From: Macrostomum lignano
Lineage: Eukaryota
NCBI GenBank assembly: GCA_002269645.1
Contig: NIVC01000085.1
Coordinates: 186,001 to 250,000 of the forward strand
Direction: 5' to 3'
DNA: 64,000 nucleotides
The notes beneath the pieces were generated by a model. The model was not told the DNA's origin. It worked only from the letters and a program-made list of their open reading frames with translations, and did no database searches. Position numbers and translations under genes: made by a program. Below, piece by piece: positions 49,341 through 60,878 of this stretch; position 1 is the stretch's first letter; the number at the start of each line of letters is the position of its first letter.

Positions 49341-50095
49341 CCAGGTGTGGCAGCCGGCGTTGCCAGCAGTGACGATCGTTTCGACTTCGACGTCACCTGA
49401 GAGGTGGCCGGTCGCGAAGCAAAGTCGGCCGGCGACAATTCCGAGTCCTCCGGGATCAGCGAGAGACGGCCCTCGGCACCCCGCTCCAAGTCCTCCTCTT
49501 CCTCCGCTTCCCCATCGAGTTCCTCTTCCTCATCCTCGTCAAAGTCGCTCTCTTCTTCTTCTTCTTCTTCCTCCTCTGCGTCATCGTCCTGCTCCTCAAT
49601 GATGTCCCTATCCTGGCTGTCAGCCAGCAGCTCGCGGCTGAACTGCACCGTACTTGAAGGAGCCTCGGTGGGCTCAACCTCCGTCTGCTGCTGCTGCTGA
49701 ATCGGCGGCAGTGGACTGGGCGACTTCGGAATCATGCGCTGGTGCAAATCGGAAAATTCCTCAGCACGCTCGGCTTCCATCACCTCGCGACAGATTCGAC
49801 CTTTCTCGTCCAGCTTACGAACGGCCTCTTTAATCTGGGCGACCGTATCGCCGTCGGCAGTCGGCGACAGGCCCATCGCTTGTAGGCCGAGCCGGAGCTG
49901 CTCGAGCACTAGCGGCGACTTCTCCACTAGGAGGCGGTCGCGCAGCGCCTGTTTGGCTGGTTCGTCCCGCAACCGCAGCTGCAGGGCGATGGTGCGGACG
50001 GCGGTGGCCCGGACTCGCTCCTCTGGCTCGAACCGGGCTGCCCACAGCAGCGTCTCTGCGACGTCGGTGCTGACCAAGCCGATGAGGCCGATGGC
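49341..50095 (-). CDS. HEATR4: HEATR4 exon 9 (last HEAT repeats plus acidic tract)
   Basis: AIGLIGLVSTDVAETLLWAARFEPEERVR. Acceptor TGCAG|GCC, donor GG|GTGAGT (phase 2). Confidence 0.88.
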
Positions 50096-50748
50096 CTGCA
50101 AGGTGTGGAACATTTTTTGCATGCACTCGATTTCTAATTGGACGTCAATATAATCTCTTCTTCTTAAGGAAAGTACGTGTAGAATACAAGTGGATGGACG
50201 CCCTGCACTAATTTCGACAAAATTGTATCACAATCCCCTTCAAAGTATTAATGAGACTTTGGAGTTGGACCGACTGCGTTACACATCCGGGTACATGGGC
50301 GTAAGGGGATGTGAGACAAATAGCGTCGGGGGGGGGGGGGGGTTGTATCAAACGTTTTATAGACAGACGATTTCTACCTCGACGAAATGGAGGCTAACCT
50401 GACGTTTTTAGATATAATGGTCAAAGTTTCTAATCTCCCTCACAACCATTTCTACTCATAGAAATCCCCAAAATGCTAAAATGGTCGGGTTTTAGACATA
50501 ACGAGAGCTTTTAGATTTTTACTTTAAGTTCACATCCATCCCTAGAAACTATTTTGCTAACGAAACCTAATGGCCTAAACTTGGAGGGAGGGTGGCAGGG
50601 CAGCTCAATGATAAACACGTCACGACCCCTGCTTCGATTCTGTGAGCAGCCGCATTATGTGACGCAGTTTCCGTCAACGCTGGTTGCGAGACGATGTGGC
50701 CGAAGGCGTTGCGTCAGGATGCTTACAAGAACACCTGTGCAAACTCAC

Positions 50749-51066
50749 CTGGATTGCTCTAGCTTTCACCTTCCACCAGGGGTCGTGAGCGGCCAGTCGG
50801 AGCAGGCCTCGCACGCACTGCTCGTCCCGAATGCGCAGACGGCTGCAGGCAACGCAGGCGGCGATACGGACGGAGGCGTACTGGTCGTCGAAGCAGGCCA
50901 GGAAGGCCGGCATCAGTCGTCCGGTCATCACGCCGAGCAGGCCGAGCTTCTCAACAGCATCGGCGCGGATTCGTTCGCCGGATTCGCGAAGTCGACGAAG
51001 AATATCGTCGTGGACGTCTTTTCCGTGTCCTGTCTGGCCGAGAGCTTTGGCCGCCGAGCGACGTAC
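50749..51066 (-). CDS. HEATR4: HEATR4 exon 8 (HEAT repeats)
   Basis: VRRSAAKALGQ...FLACFDDQYASVRIAAC...HDPWWKVKARAIQ, matching my recollection of human HEATR4 (VRRAAAQALGQ, FLHCFSDDFTAVRRAAC, DPYWKIKAFAI). Phase 0 at both ends. Confidence 0.92.
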
Positions 51067-51404
51067 CTGAGCGAAATTGGTCGGACTGGCATTGTAAAGG
51101 CGTTGTCTGCTTTTCTGTAATCTATAGGCCCTTGAAGTGACCATCAACATCAACGTGATTATTTGTTAAATAGTTTTTCCTAGTCATATGAAGTAAATAG
51201 TAAGGTTTCTCAGCCCGTATGTACTTTTATTCAACTTTCTCAGAGAGTGTTCGGCTTCAATTTGGTGGTCATAGAAAGAGTTCGGCTTTAAATTGACAAT
51301 AAAAAATTGGCTTCTGAAGATCACGGATGCTTTTGATCTTCAAAAGTCATTTGGGGTCCTATTTAGTTCGAGTCCAGTTCATTCAATTTCCCCAAATTCC
51401 TCAC

Positions 51405-51809
51405 CGCCTTATGCGAATCGTTCCACATCAGGTGGCTCAGCTTCTGAGCCAGGTCGCGATTAAGCGAACCATTCAGAGTAGGCAGAGTCTTGCAGACGAT
51501 CACCCTGCGACGCCAGCTCGGACTGTTGAGCTGTTCAGCCAGCAGGCCGTGAACCAGTGGCGTGTGCTGACTCAGGCTGGCCAGCAGCTGGGTGGTCACG
51601 TGATGTCGCAGCGTGTCCTCATTAGTCATGAGCTCGTGCACCAGCGCCCCAATGACGTCGCTGTCAAAAGCGCCCTGACCGGCGAGGCACTGGACGGCGG
51701 CCCAGCGATCGTCGCCGCTGCCGTTCACGAGGCAGTCGCGTAGGAGGGCCTCGGCTCGCGGCGTGGGCTTGTTGGTCTGGTACAGGCAGATTGCGGCGGC
51801 GTACCGCAC
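51405..51809 (-). CDS. HEATR4: HEATR4 exon 7 (HEAT repeats)
   Basis: VRYAAAICLY...DRWAAVQCLA...QKLSHLMWNDSHKA. 135 codons, phase 0 at both ends. Confidence 0.92.
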
Positions 51810-52055
51810 CTGGGCAGGTATGAGTTTTTAATACTCGACTGTTAGGAGGAATGATAGACACTAATTGTACTGTAGGCTGTCAATTAAGACGAACCTAAAC
51901 CTTTCTACGGTGCTTTGACACTCATCTTAATTATCATCGCTATATTGTCTGTTATTGTCTGCTCGTGCAATTAACACCCTTGAGGGCCAACCCCTAAGGA
52001 ACAGCGAAGTGTACATGCCTAACGATAAATTGCCTGCCTCAGGGGAGTCAGCGGA

Positions 52056-52109
52056 ATGGCAGTGGTGCCTCTCGCCAGTTGTGTGACAATGTTGTCGAAT
52101 AAAGTGCAT
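52056..52109 (+). mobile_element. Truncated copy of the SINE body seen at 62585-62783
   Basis: ATGGCAGTGGTGCCTCTCGCCAGTTGTGTG...AAAGTGCA matches the reverse complement of 62590-62640. Confidence 0.55.
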
Positions 52110-52124
52110 CTCCCAGGCTCTCAC

Positions 52125-52384
52125 CTGCGCATGCTGATCGTCCAGCAGCAGCTCCAGGGCAGTCATCAACGACTGCGGCAGCTGACTGGAGGTGGCTGAC
52201 TCAGCTGACTCGTCAAAATGAATCGCGTCATCGGCTTCGGCCACGTATCGCTGGGCGTGGGCGCAGGTGAGCACCGCCTGCAGTCGGATTGTCGGATGAA
52301 CGTCGACCATGTCGCGCAGAAGGTCCTCCACGGTGCAGTCGCCGTAGCGACTGTTCAAATGCCATTTGCGGCGCCATTCGTCCA
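52125..52384 (-). CDS. HEATR4: HEATR4 exon 6
   Basis: Acceptor TCGCAG|TG (phase 1). VDEWRRKW...TVEDLLRDMVDVHPTIRLQAVLTCA...LELLLDDQHAQ. Donor CAG|GTGAGA. Confidence 0.9.
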
Positions 52385-53073
52385 CTGCGAGTGCAATTGG
52401 AGAGAAACATTGATTTGCGCCTGGTTGGTTCGCTTTCTGCATCATACTACTTATACTGTATTCCTGCACCATTTGGAAATATTGAAAGTTATGAGAATTC
52501 AATTGTGGACAATTTATTCTGCTTTTGACTGAATTGAGTCATGTTCCATTCCGAATATTTAAAAAAATTAGACCACATTAAGATCGTAAGTGGCTAAAGA
52601 AGTTACATTGTACACCTAAAGGATGGAGCAGCTGGGGGTGGCTTGGCTGCTCAAGATGAGGGCAGCCAAGCTCCACAGCTTCCACATTGAGCTGGAAGCC
52701 CCTCGAGCTTCGGGCCGAACCCCCATCCTCAATGCCCTCTGGGATGGCATGAGGCGTCGGGAAAGAAACAGGGGATTCCCACCCTAGGGTTAGGCTGGCC
52801 ACCAGCCTCCCAGATCTGAAGTGACAACACGCTGAGATGCACTAAATAAAACTAAGCTCGATGCCTGAGACAGAGATCGGTTGATAAGTCACTAGGACTG
52901 ACTGTCTAATTTCTGATCTCCTCATTGCTTATTTCTACACTTTTTTCCAACTGTGCTTTTACCTAACTGTTTTACAAATATTCCTAATTGCTTTTTTACA
53001 CCTTTACTATTCATACTGTTTTTACTAAATTGCCTCTCTTTTTATTTCAATAGGCCTTCAAATATTCTTGCAC

Positions 53074-53718
53074 GTATTTTCTTAGATTACCTATTTTTTA
53101 TGAGATTCCCTCTTTGTGCGGGATTTCTCTCCCCTCCCTTTTATCCCCAAACGCGTGCAAAATGCTGCAAAATATTGAAAAATAGTTTTATTTATTTTTA
53201 TTTCGACATAAATATAAATATTACCGTCGAAATCTGTACTAAATATTCTTTCGATCAAATAAAACAGTAATATTGCGGTAGAGTTCCCTGGAACTTTACT
53301 ACGGCACCTCGTTTTAATAAAAATGAATGAAGGCGGTGTGGCATTTTACAAGTGGATTTAATTTTTTAATTGATTAGTACCCTCTTCTTGGAAGAGGGTT
53401 TCACAAATCATGGAACACTCATTGAATGTTCCTCTCCACGGAAATCTTTGTTGTTAAAACGAGGTGCCGTCGAAACCGGCGCGGGTCAGTTCCGAAGAAC
53501 TCTGCCGCAGTTATATTTTGTATTTGATCGAAAGAATTAAAAATATTTACAAGATTTCGATTTGAATATTTAATACGAATATTGAAATTAAAAATATACA
53601 TATATAAAACTATTTTTCAATACTCTGCAGCATTTTGCACGCATTTGGGGATAAAAAAGAGGGGAGGGAAATCCCACACAAAGAAGGGATCTAATAAAAA
53701 CAGGACATCTAAAAATAC
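53074..53718. repeat. Long imperfect inverted repeat (foldback/MITE-like) in HEATR4 intron 5
   Basis: Arms about 53074-53317 and 53454-53718 are reverse complements over about 240 bp (e.g. TTATCCCCAAAYGCGTGCAAAATGCTGCA; ACGGCACCTCGTTTTAA / TTAAAACGAGGTGCCGT), with a loop of about 136 bp. Confidence 0.88.
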
Positions 53719-54806
53719 TTTTAGTAAAATACTTTTAGTAAATACTTTTAGAAATCTTTAGTAAAAGGCGAAAGATTTAATCGTGGAATGAAGAGAAACC
53801 AGAGTTACTGATTGTGGGTGAAAAGCCTTTGTATATAATACTAAGCTGTGGTTGTGCCTACTAAAAACCTCGTTTTCGTAACAGCACTAAAAGAAACATT
53901 TCAGGCGTTTATTATTGTATAAAATTTATACAATTTAATTTAGTTAATTCAAGAATTAAGCTTTTTGTGTTTTAAAACTTTTTAATGAAGTCCAAATCAC
54001 TTATAACCTCTGAAACAAAGCTACTTCAGTAGTAGGACACACAACCTAACTTTATACTACTTACCTTAGGTACATGAGTAGAACTAATTGCGCATCAAGT
54101 ACCAAAACTTAAATAAATAGACAATAAATATGCATTTAGCTACGAAAATCAAATTTTAATTAAGGTCTGACGAAATCTCATACAAAATTAGCAAAACTTA
54201 TTATTAACCTATAAAAAAGTAAAATAATGACGGCTTGACAGCGATAGTCAATAGTCTAGGTGTTGTATACATGAAAGCATGCCCCAAATACATTAGTATT
54301 TAAATCGTTGGCCATTCAAAACCTCTACAATGAAACATCTCTGGAAATTCAAATTGAAATTTCGATTTGATATGCTCTTCTTTACTAGATATGTTAACAA
54401 GCATTCTAGAAAGTTAAAAAAGGTTTACATCTTCCGAGATCATTGGCCAAGCATTCAGCAGCGAATAAATATCAGGTAATGCTACAGGGATGGATCTTGG
54501 GATATATAAAATTGATAAAAGCAAAGCGAATAAATTTGATTTTTATGAGATCTCACGAATTCCCACTGGCGATTTTGGCCTGTCGTCTGTTTCGTCTGAA
54601 AAATCGCAGTTTTGCTCGAATGGCTTAATTATTTTGTTCGAGTAGCATTGCAGTGGATTCACATCCTTTCGAGGCAAGAAGAATAGAAATAGCAAAAAAC
54701 GCTGTTTCATCTACTGACAGTAGACGCAACGGTTATTATTAACTGGAGCTCTTTATTATGGAAAAAAAAGAATTAGCAAATGTTTTCAATGCAAAAAAAG
54801 ACTCAC

Positions 54807-54918
54807 CAACATTGTGCAGATGTTCGTCATTTCGCTTTCGCTTGCTGCTCTCTAGCCGTCTGCGCTGTTCCTCATAGTCCTCTACCTCGCTTCCCAGCTT
54901 GTTCAGGTGCTGAGTAGG
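54807..54918 (-). CDS. HEATR4: HEATR4 exon 5 (112 bp); not in the ORF track
   Basis: Acceptor TTTCAG|CCT, donor G|GTGAGT. PTQHLNKLGSEVEDYEEQRRRLESSKRKRNDEHLHNV. Phases 0 and 1 bridge exons 4 and 6. Confidence 0.85.
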
Positions 54919-55871
54919 CTGAAATATAGGATATACACAAGTATATGTATAGCTGGGTAAAGAATTACAACGCCATTATTGAAAGGTATAAACTTAATAA
55001 ACGAAAATAGTTTACGAAGCATCGACTTGACACAAACCGAAATCCACAAATATTTAATACGAGTTCTTGCAAAAATAATTAGCTAAGCACAAATACTGAT
55101 ATGGAAGCATACACCACTTGTAGACATATTTTCAGATTCAGACGTTTTTAAGTTATTAGTTTGCTTCAAAATTATCAACTTAAACATTCATCGGTGCTTA
55201 ATAATGCTTGGTTTACCTGTCAGTTTGAACTGTATTTCCAGCAGCCATTTTCAAAAGTTAAAAACACAAATTCATTATAAAATGATTTTATGGTTACTTG
55301 GTAGTTATAAAATAGGTCAATCAACACAAGGTGAGGTTCAGTTTTATTAGTTATAACCAAGATGAGCATCAAATTTTACAGGTACAGCAATATCGTAGAA
55401 CCTTTTTATACATGAACATAATCCATTTAACTATTACTTTATATGTGCAAGGTCGAGCTTAATTGTGACACAACACAGCGACAATTACAGCTAATTACCT
55501 TTCCTCTGGAACCTTTAATTTGATTGTCCTGAAAATCATAATTTTCATTGATGGTGTTAAGCATTCATACACTCGTATATTACAAGATGATTTCATTTTT
55601 AAGCGCCATTGCATTTATTAAAGTAATACTACTACTAACACATGCAACTGTAAGTAGGCTATAAATAATGTTAATTTAACATTTAACACGATATGAAAAA
55701 GGTACGTGCAAAAATTAGTTTCTATCAAGAATAAATGTTAATTCAATTGCTGCAATAAAATGATTTATTTAGTCCAGGTGCGAATATTCAGTTGCTATGG
55801 TGCATGATTGTTAATATGCGCGAACTGCAATTCAACTTTTATAGTAAAGTTACTTTTCGATACATATCGGC

Positions 55872-55930
55872 TCTATCTATCTATAGTTTCTGTCTGTCCG
55901 TCTGTCTGAACGCTGTCTCTAGTCTAAACA
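55872..55930 (+). mobile_element. Possible Helitron-like element 5' end
   Basis: TCTATCTAT...TCTGTCTGTCCGTCTGTCTGAACGC layout, similar to 3843 and 61861. Confidence 0.25.
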
Positions 55931-55984
55931 ACTTGAATTCAGTGATAATTTTTAATGCATTTAACTAGGATCACTTAGACTTAC

Positions 55985-56292
55985 ATCCTGCGCCAAAGGT
56001 AGTCCAATCCACTTTCTCATTCCTCGTTTCGGTTTGGCACCATCGCCCTGTTCGTCTGGAACCTGTGGAGCCAACTGCAGGGTGTAGCGATTGTAGTTCT
56101 GCAGTAGCAGCTCCTTCTGGTTGCCTGGCTGGTGCACCAGCTTCACTCCAGACAGCCGCTCCCTCTCATAGTCATTGTCGGTAGTGTAGCATTTGTCACC
56201 GACTCGAGGATTCATCGAGTCTTTTAGCTGCGGCAGAGGCGACTTTGCTGGCAATTCAGAACTGATGGCGGCTGCCGTGCTGTTGCCGTGGT
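55985..56292 (-). CDS. HEATR4: HEATR4 exon 4
   Basis: NPRVGDKCYTTDNDYERE...LLLQNYNRY...KWIGLP, matching recalled human PRAGKFAYSTDNTFEQE...LENLNRY...RWTALP. Phases 1 and 0. Confidence 0.88.
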
Positions 56293-56484
56293 CTGCGGGA
56301 ATGGGAGCGTTTTATAAACTCAACATTTCACATCATCGAGAGAGCCGAACATCTATGATCTACACTGAAGACCATTGTTGGTTACTAAGTCGCTTCATGA
56401 TGCGCCTGATTTAAAATATATTCCCTAAAACAACTTGTAACGCTATGGACTTGGGGCTTTACAGGGGGCTTTGCAACCAGAGGC

Positions 56485-57150
56485 TTTAGGAAAGAAGAGA
56501 GGAGAGGAGAGAAAGGAGAGGAGAGAGTAGAGATGAGGGAAGAGAGAGAGGAAAGAAGACAAGAGACGAGAAAGGAGAAAGGAGAGAGGAGAAACGAGAG
56601 AGGAGAGGAGAGATGAAATGAGAGAAAACAAAGAGGAGAGTTAAGGAGGAGAGGAAGGAGGAGAGGAAATTAAGAGATGAGAGAGAATAGAATAGAGAAG
56701 AGGGAGTAGAGAGAAGAGAAGAGAGGAGAGAGAAGAGAGGAGAGAGAAGAGAGGAGAGAGAAGAGAGGAGAGAGAAGAGAGGAGAGAGAAGAGAGGAGAG
56801 AGAAGAGAGGAGAGAGAAGAGAGGAGAGAGAAGAGAAGAGAGGAGAGGGAGTAGAGAGAAGAGAAGAGAGGAGAGGGAAGAGAGGAGAGAGAAGAGAGGA
56901 GAGAGAAGAGAGGAGAGAGAAGAGAGGAGAGAGAAGAGAGGAGAGAGAAGAGAGGAGAGATGAAATGAGAGAAAAGAGAGGGAGAGGAGAGAGGAGAGAG
57001 AAGAGAGGAGACGATAAATAAGAGAATAGAGATGAGAGAAGAGAGAGGAGAGGAGAGAAGAGATGAGAGCGAAGAGAGAAGAGAGGAAGAGAGAATAGTT
57101 GAGAGAAGAGAAAAGAGAGGAGAGAAGAAAGAGAAGAGAGGAGAGATGAG
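56485..57150. repeat. GA-rich microsatellite (GAGGAGAGAAGA) in HEATR4 intron 3
   Basis: Direct inspection. Confidence 0.95.
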
Positions 57151-57450
57151 CATGAGTATGACTTCAGATTTTGGATTGCAATTGATAACCAACATGGAGG
57201 GTGAGGGCTGCATTTTGGGGATGCAGCAGCTTATCAATTTTTTAAATGAATCTCTTGCAAATTGGTGACAGCCAACTGGAGTTCAGTCCCAAGGATGATC
57301 GCTGCGGTACAATCGTAACTTTTGTGCAGGAGCTCAAGGCTTTCCTAAACCTATCGCACAAATTTTCTGATATTGAGAGAAGATTAGAATTGAGCTTGTT
57401 AAACCATAAAAGCAGAAACATACGGTATAAAGATCATTTCACATGCTCAC

Positions 57451-57779
57451 CATCGCTAACAGCCTGATCCTCTTTGACCCGCTTCCTGGATCCCAACGGC
57501 AGTCGGTAGAACGCAGCCCGGTTAGCTTCTCCATAAGGATCCGTGTCCGCGACCGCCTCGCCAGCCGCCTCCCTGCTTCTCTCGTCATCCAGCAGGCGCA
57601 GGAACGGCGAAGACAAACGAAAAGCGTTGGAATTCGGCCGATTGCGTCGCAGCTTGCGTCTGGCCTCGTCAGCTGTGGCCTCCAGCAGATAATGATCGGG
57701 CGACGGTACCGGTGGGTACTCGGTGAGGTCCGGACGGTCGGGCACGAGGTCCACCAGGTCAGGTGGCGCCTGCCCGTAC
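57451..57779 (-). CDS. HEATR4: HEATR4 exon 3
   Basis: Acceptor CAACAG|G, donor G|GTGAGC. ...ANRAAFYRLPLG... Phases 2 and 1 are consistent. Confidence 0.82.
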
Positions 57780-58217
57780 CTGTTGGTGAGGATTGATATA
57801 GAATCATGACGATGATTTGATCAATTTGCTTTAGTGATATCGGTGTGTTTTATCGAGAATTGCTCTCGTCGCTTCGTAGAAGGCAAGTAAACTGTAGTGC
57901 ATGATAAGTTCGATCAGAAATTCACAAGCTCGAAATTTCACAAGCACAGCCACCCTAGTGGAACCAAGGACCACTAGAAGTTACTAGCATGGGGAATCGA
58001 ATCAAGGATCGCGGTGCCACAGTCGGAAGCGTTTTCCCGTTGAGCTGCAGGACTCAAACTTGTAGGACACGTGCTTTGAAAGTGTCCATGTATTATGTAC
58101 ATGTAGATACAAAATACCTTCCAATCCTAAGGCATTTTTAGATGTCCATGGACCCCGCCGGAACGTGCAACTATTCTTTCCAATCTTAGAGGCACATAAT
58201 TTTGGCAGCCAACTCAC

Positions 58218-58514
58218 CATCGCTTCAATCGATCAACGTACGCCCTCCTATCCACCGGATTGTGCACCGCTTCCCTAGCAACATAAGCGGCCGTGTTGGG
58301 ATGCAGTTGGCGCAGCACGTAATCGTCCCAATCGTAGCCTGCGGTGTCCATTCCGGACACCCTGCCGGAGCCGTCAGCTGCCTCGGTGGCCGCCTTCGTT
58401 GCTGTTGTCGCTCGACTGTCAGCCTTCGCTGGAACGCCTTCGGTGAGGAAAATTCCGCCTGAGGAGCTCTTCTGAGTTTGTTGCTGTTGTTGTTGCTGCT
58501 GATTGGCTGGGGAT
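58218..58514 (-). CDS. HEATR4: HEATR4 exon 2
   Basis: Acceptor AAGCAG|A, donor TG|GTGAGT. WDDYVLRQLHPNTAAYVA resembles recalled human WEATVLEKLNERTARWI. Confidence 0.85.
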
Positions 58515-59213
58515 CTGCTTTTGACAGAATTTTTTAGGACCAAAATTTTATTAGATAACTTGCTAATAAGTTGTTCAGACACTATTAATTTAAGTTGGTC
58601 AGGAGTTACAATAATGGCCAATGGGATTATAAAATGAATTTATCAACTCACATGGCTTCTATACGTAACAAGAAGTCTGCGATAAAAAGAGAGGATTCTT
58701 GAGGAATAGTAGTTTAGTTCTATAGCCATGTGTCTCTCTCTGCCTCCATTCGCTCTGATTGGTTCGGTGGGTCAGGCTGGGTCCCCCCCAATTGGTTTTC
58801 TTCTCTGCCCCATCCCCCACCGGCGGCGGCTCGTGATTGGCTGGCCGGTGGAGTGAGGGTGACGCGACTGTCCGTTGGCTGCCTGTCCCCCTGTCCCTCC
58901 CCCACCCCAAGCTGGTTGCACAGCTCCAATAGGCTGTCCCAGTAGGGTAACAGCATTATAAGTATGACTCAGACATTCAGGATGGGATTTTCAAGGAATA
59001 TTGCGGAATAATTCGGGAATGGGATATGGAGGAGAGGGAGAGCTAAGAGAGTATGTTTCAATAGTTTTTTGATCTACATGTCATAGATCTTAAATATTTA
59101 GGAAAACTGGAATTTAAGGGGTGGAGTTCGATAGAGAACGTCAGCATAAAGTTCATGATAAGGAATTTAGGACACAGCGTACTTTCTGAGCATGATGCTG
59201 AGATAAAACTCAC

Positions 59214-59779
59214 CTTGTGGAAGCACGCTGCGCTGGCGCAGTCAGGGGTTCAAGTCGACGGCCCTCTTTCTCTTTTTGTCGGAGCTGAGGCCAGCGGAAG
59301 TTCGGACCTTTGTGACCGCAGCGCAGGCCGAAGTGCTGCTGCTGCTGCTCGGCTCGGGCGGCCCGCCGGTGCGGCAGTACCGAGCCAGGCGAGTACACAT
59401 CAGCAAACAGCGCGTCCGAGTACGGCAGCGTGTGCGAGCAGCGCTCCTTGACGACGCTCTCGTCGAATTTTAAATCGGCTGATACGGCACCCAGCACGCG
59501 GGATTGACGGAGTCTTCGGCTAGGCGGACTCGAGGCACGAACATCTCGGAGGTGGCCGCCTGATTGCTCTGACGATGTGCCCGCTGTTGATACTGCTGAT
59601 GCTGCTGTCGACGTCGGCCTGCCGAATCCGCTGGCGCGGAGGTGCCCATGCTCAGGGATGTTACCTGCACTCGACTTGCCACAGCATGCAAAGAGGACTG
59701 TCTCAGGGGCTGCGCGGGTGGCGGTGGTCCCTTCGGCGCCGGCTGCTGATGCTGTTGAATAGCTGCAGCTGACATCATT
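59214..59779 (-). CDS. HEATR4: HEATR4 exon 1 (start frame unresolved)
   Basis: Conserved VLGAVSADLKFDESVVKER...LPYS. Donor AG|GTGAGT (phase 2), acceptor TTCAG| at 59780. The conserved frame is open from the acceptor but has no ATG; the ATGATG at 59778 is in another frame that stops at 59470. Confidence 0.7.
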
Positions 59780-60681
59780 CTGAAGTTATAGTTTTTATAG
59801 TAAAAAAGCGCCTTCAAAAGACAAATCTAAATACGTTTTTTCAGCAAACATTTTGCACCATTATTTTTATGTAATTTTAGCTGTATTTACTTCTTTATTA
59901 ATTAATTCATTAGAAGTAGTGTTCCGTTATTGTTCCCCATGTTAAAAAGTAAGAACTTAATAAGTCTCTCAATAATTGCTAAAAATTTAAGTCGAAACTA
60001 AATAGAATTTAAGTATCAAACATAAATAACATCTAAAAGAATCTAGAATTTGTTGACACAAAACATATTTGAGTTAATCTGTGCCTATGCTATATATTGA
60101 AAGCAAGAGCTAGCTTTAAAAATACATAGAATCATAGATCATACATATATTGAAATTAGCCTTTAGGATAAATATCAACAATCGCTCAGATCTCAACATT
60201 GGCTTTTTATGATAGATTACAGTCCCAAATCAGCACTTCTAAAAGCACTTATTTTTTAGTAAGATTTTTTAACTGAAAAAAAGCAGAAATTCAAAGCTGT
60301 AATTCATCAGCTGACTTGAGAACTAGAGCTTTTTCTTTTTGTTTGGACTAAAATATGATTTACGGTTATTTCTGTTGTTTAAGCCTATCCAATGTTTTAC
60401 TTTAACTGTCTCTCCACAGACTAGACTGTTTTAAATCATGGAAATTAGTGTAAAGCTTGTATTAAAAAGAAACTTTTATTGCGAAGTTAATTAAGACAAG
60501 TGTTTACTCTAGAGACATTTTAATTTTTATAATAAACATTTTTTTCTAATGCAAAAAGTATTTTAAAATCTTTCGCACAAATCAGTTATAATTAATTGTA
60601 TATTATTGTAACTACTTAGTACTTTTTGTTGAAACCTTTAGAAGCACTATAACAAAAAACTAATTTTTAAACGCAAAACAC

Positions 60682-60878
60682 CTACACGGAATTCTGCTGC
60701 ATGTCGAGCGGCTGCTGCTCGTAAGATAGCTCTCCTTAACTTCGTCTCTCGGATCGCCTGCTGGGCCTACCTTTCTTCGGCTGGTGTGTTCTCTCCCGAT
60801 TTCTAATCGTTGTTGCATAGATATTAAAGAACATTCTGATTTCTTAGCAGCTTCTGTTTGTGCATAAATGCACATCAC
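60682..60878 (-). other. Candidate upstream (5' UTR or coding) exon of HEATR4
   Basis: GC-richer island in AT-rich DNA. The weak donor TAG|GTGTTT would join in phase 2 to the ATGATG frame of exon 1. Confidence 0.25.

Noticed and set aside
51927-52502. Full 191-aa ORF as a single exon
   Set aside because: Only 52384-52125 is HEATR4-like and bounded by phase-compatible splice sites; the C-terminal part translates a SINE fragment.
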